Positions 14,238-26,159 of a stretch of DNA of 64,000 nucleotides are shown here, one piece after another (position 1 is the first letter of the stretch; every line of letters starts with the position of its first letter). Under the pieces are notes generated by a model that made no database searches, was not told the origin of the DNA, and worked only from the letters and a program-made list of their open reading frames with translations. Source of the stretch: Isurus oxyrinchus (taxonomy: Eukaryota); assembly GCA_026770705.1 (NCBI GenBank), contig JANJGN010000010.1, forward strand, positions 39,680,001-39,744,000, read 5' to 3'. The position numbers and the translations under genes were made by a program.

Positions 14238-14672
14238 TTCCTTCAACTTTCAGCTTGACTTCCTTAATTACAGGCTTTTCAAGGGTACTATGTTGGACTT
14301 GAACCTGGAGGATAGCTTCATTATCTCTATGAATATCAGGCCAGAACATAACTTTACAATTCACACTGGAGCTACCATCATTGTTGTGTTCAACAGCTGG
14401 CATCTCAAATGTGAAGGATTCATCTTGTTCACCAAATTGAGATCCACAATTTGAAATAAGCTGCTGATGGTCATCTACTACAGGATCCTGCAAGTCCCTC
14501 GGTGTATAGTTCCACTGATGAATGGTATTTGGTTTACTTTCCCATTTTCTTTGTAGCAACCAGTGAACAGAAATATTCTTGGGCCTATACCCAGAAATCT
14601 GACAATTCAGAAGAGCTTCTTGCAAATGTATAATCCGTGGAGGTTTGCTGATGTCAGAAACTTTTGGAGGAA
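14238..14672 (-). CDS. Gene A exon 5, post-TM C1-like Ig domain with ~40-aa loop insertion, F-strand Cys lost
   Basis: tttttag|TT acceptor, A|gtaagt donor, 435 nt. VPPKV..LLNCQISGYRP..W..NNDGSSSV..LQVQVQHSTL. Confidence 0.85.
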
Positions 14673-16565
14673 CTAAAAAAAGAACATTTGGCAGTTAATC
14701 CATTCTTGATCACGAGCCTGTCATTTCAAAAATATCAGCATGAATACATCCTATGCTGGACATTATTACTGGAATAACAAATATTAACACAATACAACAG
14801 TAGAGGTAAGCTCTAACTAAAAATGAAATAAAATAACCTGTTTCTTATTGAAACAAATGATCATTAGGATTCCTGAGTTAAAATAAAAGTATGAGAGGTA
14901 GAAAGGCACAAATAGACAAATCACAAACCAAGTATGAAACTAAGGCAAAAGTACAGAAACATCAAGATAAAAGGACAGAAGTCAGTAACTAAACAGAACA
15001 GCAGAGATCAGTAATGCATGAAGGAAGCCAGTGTTCCACAAAATAGTGAGAAAATCATCCAAGAAAAATCTAGACCCAGAGGGAAATCAAATAGGCATAG
15101 AGATCTGGGGAGAAAGATCAGTGGACATAAAAATCAGGCAACCACCACAATGAGTGTCACAAGAAGGGAGAGAGAGGACAAAATAGAGAGACATTATGTG
15201 TCTCACCATGAGCAACATTATAGGAGATTTAAAATATACTGGTATCTTAAAAACAATCTTACATCTCCAAATATGCCTCATGACACTTGACTTCCTGCTA
15301 TCACTCTCTTATTACTCTTTTTATAAATTGTTCTGCTCAGATTTACAATGGTTTTGCTGATGCAACCAAGTCATTTTGTGAAATCTTGGAACACAAGTTC
15401 CCACAAATAACTCAAAATACTTTGTAAAATAGTTTTGCATCCAACATTATAACTATTAGTTTCTGCGGGAAATAATATCAAAATAAGATGTAAAAATACT
15501 TGTAATTATCATATCAACATGATTAAATTCATTGATGTCTTCTAATGCATTCATTAAAGTTTTTACTGAAGACTTCAGCCTGGCCCAAAGCCTTGGCTTA
15601 GAATTGACGCATTTGTTTGAATCTGTGACTTTCAGTTGAATTTATTTTTTGTACTATGGCCACATGTAGGGCACCGAATTTGTCTGGATATATTCGTACC
15701 AGTTAGCTGTACCATTTTCATCAGCTGCTAGCACTTACACCTGGAAGTATTCTTGGGCAAGAAATCAAATGGGATACATTTCAAAAGCATAATAAAATAT
15801 ATTGATTTTTTTTAAAAACAATATTTATGAATGATCAGCACTGGTGTGTTAACAGAACACTGTATTGTGTTTATAAACTCGGAAAATATATTTAGCCGAA
15901 TGTGAGACAGAGGTGAGAACACACAAAGGGGTGAGAGCATGAGCACTCACAAACATGATAGTGGTGTGGCGGGAGGGCAAACAGGGAGAAGCAGTAGTTT
16001 TCAAGCTCCTTGCATTTAATTTCTACATTTCCTGCTCCTCAGTTCAGAGCTGTTATTTCATTTTGAGTGAAATGTTCAAGCCAGAGAACAGAAGTTCATG
16101 ATATCTTATGAATATTTATATTTCCCTCTTTTGATGGACATTGTAACTTTAATCTGAGCTGTTCAGAAGTAAACAAATGCAAAGTAGTATTTAGTCACAT
16201 GCAGAGTAAAATAGTTATTTTTAAAAATGTGGAGTTTGGTAACTTAAGAAAAAAGCCTGGGTTAATACTTTGTTTACAGTACTTTTGACTATTTGCAAAT
16301 AATATTGATAAAACTAAGTTTATTCCCAAAAATCTAAAGTTTCTTATTTGAAAGGCCTGCTATGTTGGGGCTCCTTGCCAATATACCGCAGTAATATCAC
16401 TCATGCTGCTTCTTGCATAACTTTAGATTGACCTCTGATAAAATCAATAGTTGCCCAGTTCTAAGAAAAGCACTCAAACAAAAACTCCAACAGAGATGAG
16501 CCATCTCAGTACAGATCAAGAATAATCCCTCTTGTATTTCTAAAGTGATTTGAAGAATATTTTAC

Positions 16566-16682
16566 CTTTTCTGAAATACTTCAAGTACATTAAAAATCCA
16601 ATGCCAATGATTGCTGTACACACCAATATGCTAACAATGACACTTGCAGTTATTATCCCCACTGGTATAACAACTTCTGGCT
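16566..16682 (-). CDS. Gene A exon 4, transmembrane segment
   Basis: ctacag|AG acceptor, G|gtaaaa donor, 117 nt. EPEVVIPVGIITASVIVSILVCTAIIGIGFLMYLKYFRK is a hydrophobic helix followed by basic stop-transfer residues. Confidence 0.85.
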
Positions 16683-17069
16683 CTGTAGATAAAATAAACA
16701 TGTATTTCAACTGTGAATAGCAAAATGGAGCAATATCTGTAAACTGAGACTTATTCCAAGACAATGGTTTATCTTAAAAGTAAAATAAAATACAAATGGA
16801 CAGCAAGTTGATAAAGTTTAACGCCTCATGTTAAAGGCTCTCAGAGTTGTGATTAATATTAACCTATATCCCTCAAATGTTGATCAGTCTTTGCATCTTT
16901 TCAGAATTTCTTGATTTTACTTGAGCTCCAGAATTTGAAGTTTTTCTAAATCTTCACAATACTTCTAAGAAATGAAAACATTACTATGATGTAGCTTTCT
17001 TAACTCATTGTACACTGCACTGGTCAGGAACAGTATGTCACATCAATTAAAAAAAATTCAAAATTCCAG

Positions 17070-17830
17070 ATATTAGAAATCTGAAACAAAAACAGAAAAT
17101 ACTGCAAACATTCTGCTGGTCAAGTGGTATCTGTGGAGAGAGAACAGAGAAGTTAATTTTTTGGGTGCTGAATCATTATCAAAACAGGAGAAAGAGGTAG
17201 ACATGGGTGTTAGTACAATTAGATGTGATGGGGAAAACTTTTTTTTAAACAACCGCCAAACCCAGTAAGGAATCATTAAGTTCAAAAGACCACTGAACTG
17301 GATTAAAACAGTAAATAAAGAACATGACAAATGAATAGCATTTAAAAAGGAACTGCAGAAAATGAGACAAGAACCTTGAGAGATATAAACAAATAAAGAA
17401 TATACATTACACAGAGTACATACAAACAGCTGAGGCTGTGGGAAGCTAGGCAGATAGAATTAAAGTACAGAAAACTGACAAAGCGAAGTTCAATCCAGCA
17501 GCTCAGGAACCTTGGAACACCAAGAACGAAGGTTGCCTGCTAGTCGAGCATTTCCTTACCTGGAAACACAAGCACATCCATCCCAATCACCAGTACCTCC
17601 TACCAAAGAGAAAGTGGGAACCGAAGCTAGTAAAGTCAAGGTTAAGATTAAAGGATTGAAGAGTGCTTGATAGAAAGGTAAGGTGCTCTATCTGGAGCTT
17701 GATTTGAGCTTCATTAGAACAATTTAGAAGGCTAAAGACAGACATGACAGAGTGGAAATAGGATGGAGAAAGTAGCAAGCAATAGGAAATTTTGAACCAC
17801 ACCTATGTTCAGCAAAATGATCACTGAATC
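17070..17830 (-). mobile_element. Old Penelope-like fragments
   Basis: Degenerate pLTR terminus at 17073-17185 and a GIY-YIG C-terminal remnant (CSNEAQIKLQIEHL). Confidence 0.5.
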
Positions 17831-18895
17831 TGATGTTGGAACTGATGGAAATGAAGGAAGATCATCTACTGGATATGGAAGTGGACCCAGCGAGGCTTAA
17901 AACAGCACAAGGAGGAGCAAGAGCAGACTCAAAATCTAATGTGAACTTTTCAAAACATTCAAATTAAAAGACATGCTTTACTGAGTGTTTCTTTCCAATC
18001 TGGTTAAATAGTGATCAGAACTTGAAAATTGTTTCCAGAGAGATATGGGAAGTATTCTGTTCCTCTTCTACAGTTGGTCTGTACGATTATAATTTTTTTT
18101 TGAGAAGCTGTCTTTAATTCTTTTGGTCTTAAAATCCTGGCTACACCAAAAAATAATCTTAGGTGAGAAATGTCTTGCAAAACATTAAAAGATTTTGAAA
18201 CAACTGCAATTTAATCTAAGTTTGAGAAAAGTTGAAGAAAGGGTAGCAAAATAATCTTTTGAAATTCAGAGTTTAAAATGGAGTTTGGATCTTCTGATCA
18301 GAGTGTTTAAAAATACTTAAACTGACAATTGTGAGCATTTGAGAATGTCTTCCTCCACCCCTTGGAAAAACAAGCAGAGAACCCTTTTTACTGACAGCTG
18401 TTTTTTAAACTCACCACACAACTTTTATATTGCTAAGTGCATATATTTTAGACCTTACTAAAATTTAAGTTTCTAAATTTATAGATATTAAAGACATTTA
18501 TAGACAGATTAACCCATTGGGCTCCTAAAAACAGCCAAAATGGATTCTGTTTTTTTTGTTTATTTTTTAAAACAGGTTTCCAGGGCTAGATGAGTACTGA
18601 TAATACAGCAAGGGACCAGGTGTCTTACAAATTCAAGAACTTATCTACAGACATCAAACTTGGACTAAAGGTTTGCCTTGTGACTTGGTTTTAACCATTT
18701 AGTCTTTTGTTACCACTTGTTATCTTTCGAGACAAAGTGTTTGAGTACTAGGAGCTGGGGGAGGGGAGGCATGAAAGTCACCTCTAAACTGACTGCAAAC
18801 ACTTCTGTCTCTAAATATAAAAACATCATTTAAAACCAATCCTGGCCATAATTATTTCTGAAATTGGAACTGATAAAATAACTTGCTATGAATTG

Positions 18896-19975
18896 CTATT
18901 TATTAGTATTCTTTGTGAGATCATAAGCCTCTTCCTTTAATCTAGTACTATCCTTTATCTCCTTAGTAAGCCACAGATGGATCTTTCTTCCTGAGTTTTT
19001 GATTTTCAATGGAATGTGTTTTTGTTGAACGGTTTGAATTGTTTCTTCAAAGAGTGAAGAAATTATGGTAACTAACATCAGTAAAGATAAAGTATTGGAG
19101 AAATTTCAGGGACTAAAATCCAAAAAATCCCCAGCATCTGTTGGCCTATATCTCAGAGTTCCAAAAAAGAAAGCTTCAGAGATAGCTGATTATGGTTTTC
19201 TGAAGTTCTCCAGATTATGGAACAATCTCGGCAGATTCAAAGTCAGCAAATGCAACACTCATATTCAAGAAAGGAAGGTGGGAGAAAAAAAGGGAGAAAA
19301 CTGGCCAGTTAGCTTGACATTAGTTGCTGGAATCTACAAAGGGAGTCTTAGCAATGCATTAGAAAATCACAGTATGATCAGACAAAGTCAACATTAATTT
19401 ACAATTGTGTTTGACAAATTAATAGTGTTTTTTGAGGATGCAACTAATTGGGTAGATAAAGAGGAACCAGTAGATATAGCATACTTGGATTTCAAAAAGT
19501 CATTTGGTAAGGTGCCACATAAAAGCTTAATAGGCAAGATAAAGGCTCACGGAGTAAGATATTAGCATGAATGGACATGAATAGCTAATGGACAGGAAGC
19601 GAAGGGTAGGGATAAATGCCACAAGGATCAGTGCTGGGGCCTCAGCTGTTTGCAATCTATATTAGTGACCATGACGGAGATACAGAGAGTAATGAATCTA
19701 GGTTTGCTGATGATATAAAATTAGGTGGGAATGTAAGCTGTGAAGAGGTCACAAAGAGGTTGCAAAGAGTTATAGATAGGTTAAGTGCATGGGCAACAAA
19801 GTGGCAAGGTGGAATATAATGTGAGGTAGTGTGTAGTTATTCACTTGGTTGCAAGAATAGAAAAGCAGAATTTTTTTTTAAAAAGGTGTGAAACTTGTAA
19901 ATGTTGATGTGCAGAGGGGCTTGGGTATACTCATAGAAGGAACAATTTAGCAAGCAGGTCCAGCAAGCAACGGTG
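18896..19975 (+). mobile_element. CR1 LINE fragment with 5' inversion
   Basis: PQGSVLGPQLF and RFADD on the + strand; a linker fragment on the - strand at 18896-19050. Confidence 0.75.
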
Positions 19976-20069
19976 AGGCTTGATGATAACCTAACTTGAA
20001 TTTCATCCTTGGATGTAAATTTGGTGTTTAAGTACGGCTAGAGGCAAGACCAGCGATTTAAGTAGCTGT

Positions 20070-21270
20070 TTAAAAGTAACAGCAGAAGCTATTCTGATGA
20101 GAACTACCATGAGAAAGTCCATCTGAAAAGACCACCTGGAGATGGTTTTGGTGGGGAAAGAGATCATTGTCTACTTCCCTCTGAAGTGTGCCTTTGCAAA
20201 CAATGTCCAGAGAGTAATGCAGCAGTTTATATTGAGGTTTATCCTGAGCAGATCTGTGATGCAGGGTTCTGTGCTCTATAGTCTGTTCCCAGGAATGCAC
20301 ACCAAGATAAATATCAACTACGGCTGGAGGGCCATCAACTTGGTGAAAGATACTCATTCGTCTGCCTGAAATTTGATGTCTTCCAGTGCAAAGAGTTGTC
20401 CTCAACTGAGTGTTGCAGACTGGCACATTCTAAGGCCCAGGACTGCGTGCTAAAGGACACACTAAAGCTTGGGGCAGCTGCAGCAAAGGCAGAGGCACAA
20501 TGGGGAAAGACTGCTTCTATGGCCCTTCAGCCATAGTACAATGAGGGGCTGGAAACTGTATAAAACACCTGGGGCTGTATGCCTGACTAAGAATGCACAT
20601 TATGAACATCAAGAGTATTGAAAGGGTATTGAGGGGCCTCAAAGTGGAACATGCTGTATGGAGAAAAGTTGAATTCTATTACACTTTTAATTTTCAATTT
20701 TTAACATTTTGGCCAGAATTTTATGTTCGGTCAGGCGGGCCCAACTGACTCGGTGGCGGATGGGCTGCCAATTGCCGCTGGCAAAACCGGCCGCGCCACC
20801 ATTTTCCGTGGGCAGGCCTCAACTCCCGTAGAGAACGGGAAAATAGTCGCGGGGGCGGGCAGCCTGTTCAAAGGGTGGCCAGGCAGCCTGCTTGAAGCTG
20901 TGCACCACGGTCAATTGGCAAGTTAAGGGGCTTAATGAGCCCTTCAATTAATGGTGGTAAGCTGAGCGTGCTCACCCACCGAAATATCGTGATGCCACAC
21001 GCTGATGTCAGCACGCTCGCGCGACATTTTACATGCTGACGTGCAGGGTACGTCAGCTGGGAAATTCTGCCCTTTGCTCTATGATTGTATTCTTGACATG
21101 GAATGTATATTGTAAATATCAAGGGTTTTACAACTCTATTGAGGCACCCTAGAGTAGAACCTGCTGTATGGAAACAAGATGAATTTTTTTGCAGTCATTT
21201 CCAAGTTGAAATGTTTTGTATTGTACTATTACAAATTTTAAAATTAAATTATATTCTTGGGGGAAAAAAA
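20070..21270 (+). mobile_element. L1/Tx1-like LINE 3' fragment, interrupted by a MITE
   Basis: C-terminal remnant VLYSLFPG..WRAINLVKD..W/S.RN, then an AT-rich 3'UTR ending in an A-run near 21270. Confidence 0.55.
20711..21072. mobile_element. GC-rich MITE, probably Harbinger-type
   Basis: TIRs ggccagaattt / aaattctgccc with TTT on both flanks; resembles the Harbinger end at 39905-39916. Confidence 0.6.
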
Positions 21271-22289
21271 ATCCAAAAAGCTATCAAACCAGCCACAAGA
21301 CAATTCAATCAAGCTAAAACAGCTATACCTGGAAAGAGAAGAAAGAAATCTTCGCCCCAGCTTGTTCCAACTTCAAGTTAACCTGAGAACTGACCTCCTG
21401 GCAATTCAACTACAAGAACCTCAGAGGTTATTGAGAATCCTCTGCTTTTATCTGAACTCCACTACAGCATTCAGTTAAGAAACAACAGGTCTGCTGCAAA
21501 AGAGGCTGAAATTACATTACAACTTGTAACTGTATTGCTTTTCTACTCATCCTTATCTATTGCACGCGAGATATTGTATTAAAACCACAGGACAAGAGTG
21601 TGATAATAAATAATCTTTGTTTTTAAAATCGCAAAAGCTTGCTGCTGGAAATTATTTAAATTAAGACAAATCATTCTGAGGGTAACTAAAAACACATACC
21701 TCACACATAAAAGACACTTTAATCATAGACAACAATAAGACACAAAAATTGTGACCATGATATTATATAATCACAATTATTGAAATGCTCTGCACGCTTG
21801 TGTTGATTTTTCCCTTACCAAGTTTCTTCCAGAAAGTTCCATGGCTTATGGTCATCATCTAACACCTCACTCAAGCAATCATTGTTGATATGCTAAAATT
21901 GACACTCCGTTTTGGAAGGCTATTTAACTATGGAGATCAAGTCAAAATTGATACAATCATAATACTCCAAAATCAGAAACTTTCAACAGAGGTCATTTAG
22001 TCCATATAAATTTCAGATTGTTTTGGGTTCCTACTACAATTGCCAATCAAGGGCACTGAAGTTTCAGTTTAAATTATAATAAAAAAACTCAGCTTGAAAT
22101 TAAGATAGATACTTACTACATTCCAATTTCATTAGAACTATTAAATCCAAACCGCAGAATTTCAGATGAGCACATTAAACTTCAATGCACATTTTGATAA
22201 TAAAATAAAATTACAGTGTTCATTTTGCATCTGCAGTTTTTAAACACAAACCACACTTCACGTGCAAGTACATAAAAACATAAACTTAC

Positions 22290-22610
22290 CTTTGACAGTC
22301 AGTTGGGTTGTCAATTGTAAAGCTTCACTAAGTGATCGGTGTTTCACATAGCATATATAAGTATTGCCATCATCTTGGAGAGTTGGGCGCAACCTCAAAC
22401 GGCTAGAAACACTGTAGGTTCCATCATCATTTTTAACTGGAGATCCTGTGCAGATGTGTTTTGAAATTATTTGTTCACCATCTTTTGTTTTTTGTCTCCA
22501 ATTCATCTCAATTGAGACAGGATAAAAGCCAACAATGTCACACTTCACTGACTTCTCCGTACCATTCTCAATTGTGATTGTGGCCGAGGATAAGCTCACC
22601 TTTGGTGAGG
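22290..22610 (-). CDS. NCR3LG1: Gene A exon 3, extracellular Ig C1-set domain
   Basis: ttcacag|CC acceptor, G|gtaagt donor, 321 nt. ASP..KCDIVGFYP..W..KNDDGTYSVSS..YICYVKHRSL is a canonical C1 pattern similar to the B7-H6 C1. Confidence 0.9.
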
Positions 22611-23107
22611 CTGTGAAGATCAACATAACAGATGTTTAATATTTAAGGAAGGCATTTTTTTCACCCTTTCACATCATATGGACATGTAATGATGGCACAC
22701 ATTGAAATGTATAGAGCTGAAAATATCCTTTCCTCACAACTGGACAGAAAAGCATACAATGTGTAGGGAAAAGCAGTACATTGGTGGAACATAGGATAAT
22801 CAGGTGTCTCTACCCTCAGAAAACAAGCACTTGATGTTGTTGCCATTTTCTAGTTTAATGCAAAGAAAATTAATACAGTTCACTGAATGTCGCTGTCAAT
22901 TAATCAGCTCGCTCTTTTGTTTATTTACATGTAACTGTGATGTGTGAAGATAACATTTTTTTTTATCCTGCAGTAAGAAAACATTTTATTTCCCAGGCAT
23001 GAATGAAAACACAATTACTTCATTCTCTGACCTCAACTCAAGCAATATTCTCCCAAAATCCTTCAAAGAGCCATATGTACCCCTTCCCCTCCTGCATCAT
23101 TTTTTTT

Positions 23108-23292
23108 TATTCATTCATGGGATGTGGGCATCTCTGGTTAGGCCAGCATTTATTTCCCATCCATAACTGCCCTTGTTCAGGGTGCATTTAAGAGTCAACC
23201 ACATTGCTCTGGGTCTGGAGTCGAATGTAGGCCAGACCAGGTAAGGACTGCAGATTCCTTCCCTAAAGTACACTAATGAACCAGATGGGTTT
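23108..23292 (-). mobile_element. SINE (tRNA-headed, LINE family-2 derived), 5'-truncated
   Basis: Same internal junction (ctgaacaagggca) and tail as 60180-60525. Confidence 0.7.
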
Positions 23293-23670
23293 AAGAGAGT
23301 AAGAGGCAACTTGATTGAAACATATAAGATCCTGAGGGGTCTTGACAGGGTCGATGTGGACAGGACATTTCCTTTTGTGGAAGAGTATGGCACATTGTGT
23401 AAAAATATGGGGTCGCCCATTTTCTCTCAGAGGGTAGTGAGTCTTTGGAACTCTCTTCCTCAAAGAACTCTCTTCCAGCAGAGTCTTTGAATATTTTTAA
23501 GGCAGAGGTAATAGATTTTTAATAAGCAAGGGGGTGAAAGGGTAGCAGGTGTAGTTGAGAATGTGGAGTTGAGGTTACAGTCAGATCAGCCATGCTATTA
23601 CTGAATGGCAGAGCAGGCCTGAAGGGCCATGTGGTCTACTCCTGCTCCTAATTCTTTTTTTGTATGTCCT
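23293..23670 (+). mobile_element. CR1 3' fragment
   Basis: RVRGNLIETYKILRGLDRVD plus the CR1 tail. Confidence 0.75.
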
Positions 23671-23862
23671 GTCTGATTCCAGGTCCCATGTCCAAAATCC
23701 AGGAAAACCTGAAAATCCGGCACAGTCTCAATTCCAAAGATGTTGGATTTTGTGACGTGTGTGTGGGATCATGAACATCTTTGCCTGACCTGTTTTAAAA
23801 TGAATGCAGTAGCTATTCAACAGATTGTATGATCAAAAGAGGAAAGTGTGAGAGACTCTTAC

Positions 23863-24225
23863 CTGAAACAGTCATTGATGATTTTCCACTTCCATTATCT
23901 GGGGTTATAAAAACAACACAAGTGTAATCTCCTTCTTCAGCAAATTGCACATTTGGAAGAAAAAGAGAAGCGATTCCCATCTTTAAGTCGTCATCAAGAA
24001 TTGTTGCTCCTTTTCTGTACGGCGTATGTTTTCCACTAGTGAATTGATACACCTCTTGTCTGAGTGTATCTGGAGTGCCTAATTTTTGGAAGAACCACTG
24101 GACCCCCATGTTTTTAAGGTCAATTTCTCTCATATGACCAGACACTCGGCATTCAAGATGAACATCATCATTTACTTTGGCTTTCACAGTTCTTGAATTC
24201 ATTGACACAATTAGGTCACCTTGCT
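23863..24225 (-). CDS. NCR3LG1: Gene A exon 2, Ig V-set domain (B7-H6-like)
   Basis: ttgcag|AG acceptor, G|gtaaga donor, 363 nt. VHLEC..MGVQWF..GIASLFLPNVQFAEEGDYTCVVFITP has the canonical C-W-DxxYxC pattern and matches recalled B7-H6 motifs (MGITWF, GDASLRLP, YRCEVVVTP). Confidence 0.9.
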
Positions 24226-24529
24226 CTGCAATAATTGAGACCAAAGTTATCAGTATATAAAATTAATCTAACAGTGGGCCAAAAAGTCAAAATGAGGACT
24301 TATTCAATTGTTATAAATCAGTGGCTCTAAAGTTATTCCTTTCATCGCGTAAGCACGAATATCATCATAGAACAGTGTATCCTTTGACCTACTAAACAAC
24401 TCCATTGGGAGGTTTCCTAACATTTTGACAAAGATGCTATGGAAATGATATGGATCTTTATTATTTAGTCTTGCACATAACATTCACGAGTGAAATTCTT
24501 CCTGTCACTTCAGCCATTCTAACATCATC

Positions 24530-25530
24530 TTGCATTCATGTAACACCTTCAAAACAGGATAACATCCCAAGTGTTTCACAAAAAGCGCAGTCAAAATTTA
24601 ACACCAAAACAAAAGGAGATATTTGATGGGTTGACTGAAAGCTTGGTCAAAAGAAGTAGGTTTTAATGAGATATTTAAAAGGAGGACAAAAAGCTGAAGG
24701 GGTTTCAGTGCAGGAAGGAAATTTTAGAGGCATGGGCCTAAAGAACGGAAGATTCAGCTGCCAATGGTGGGACAAACGGAGTTGGGGCTGCACAAGGCCA
24801 AAATTGGAGGGACACAGAGTTAACTAAGAGTTTTGAGTTACAGAGTTGAGGAGGGGTGAGGCTATGAAGGATTTGAATGATTGAGAATTTTAAATTAGAG
24901 GTTTTGGGGAGTCAAGAACAAAACTAGGTCAGTGAGCATAAGGCTAACTAGTTACCAGGATTTAGTAGCAGTTGGATGATGGGTAGCAGATCTTTCAATG
25001 AGCTGAAGTTTATAGTTGGTGGAAAATGAAAAGCAGGGAAGGGGTGCTTTTAGAATAGTTGAGTCTGGGAGTTGACAAAACCATGGTTGAGGCTTTTCAT
25101 GAGGCCCAGGTAGAGACATGGAATATTATAAATGTGGAAGTAGGCAGTCTTTGACATGGAACAAAATAGGATCAGAAACTCAGCTCAGGGTCAAATAAGA
25201 TATTGCAATTTTGAACAGTCTGTTTCAACCTGAAACAGGAGCTGTAAAGAATTTGCAACTGAGATAAAGGTACCTCTACGTGAGTCTGTGGAAGGGGCAT
25301 TGGTTTTACTGATGTCCAACTTGAACAAACTGCAGTCTATCCCTGACTTGGACTAGTTGTGAGAAAACATGCTGATAGGGGCAGTGGAGGAGTTCAGACA
25401 GGTAGTGATGTTGAGCTGGGTGTCATCAGTGGTACATGTAGACAAAGACTGTCTTCAGATGGCATCACCTAGGCAACATTTAGAGGAGGAAAAGGTTGAG
25501 CCAAGAATAGATCGAGTAACTCCAGAGGTA
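24530..25530 (-). mobile_element. Degenerate L2-like LINE
   Basis: The reverse strand contains YxDDTQL-like and G..LGS RT remnants plus an L2-type tail. Confidence 0.55.
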
Positions 25531-26159
25531 ATGCTGCACAGATATCATACTTTAACATATTTATGATACATTTTGAGCAATGATTCATGGTGGCACATAT
25601 TTGGTAAAATACAAAGGTGCTTAAATGCTAAAGGTAGTTGCTTTCCCCAAAGACAAGACATTAAGCAATTAATTAGCTTGTCTCAAAATTCAATAAATAT
25701 TTGGCAAGAATTGCACTTGGGAGTCTCAGGTCCAGGGCGCTTGACAAAGGAACTGTAGGCTTTCCTTTCCAGCTACTCATGGAAAAGAAAAAATAGAGAC
25801 AATGACACATGAATCTAGTTCAGTAGAGGCTGCAGGGTGAAACATTGGAGTGGAGTATTTGATTTTTCTTAAGCCAAGAGAAATGATGTAGTGATGTGGG
25901 GTAAAATAGTGCATTCATTATTTTGTTTTACACAAAAACAAGTTGCATGGATTGAACCAACTGAATGTGATACCTGTCCTATGTTTATTTCTATAAAATA
26001 AAGTAACTTAACAATTTACATTTATCATCTGACCTATTGTTTGCTTCCATCCCTCTGAAGATGGACTGAATGTATGTACAAACATGATTATCAAGTCATA
26101 GAAGGGTACCTATGCCAAATCCCTGTCTCATGCAATCGTATGGTTAGATACTGAGCGCA

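Noticed and set aside
8684-14672. N-glycosylation sequon depletion as evidence for cytosolic location
   Set aside because: Sequons (NIS, NVT) do occur in post-TM domains, so this test gives no support.
22290-24225. Tapasin/TAPBPL, SIRP or MHC identity for gene A
   Set aside because: There is no tapasin N-terminal domain or MHC peptide-binding exon. SP-V-C1-TM order and motifs fit B7-H6 best, though true orthology still needs a phylogeny.
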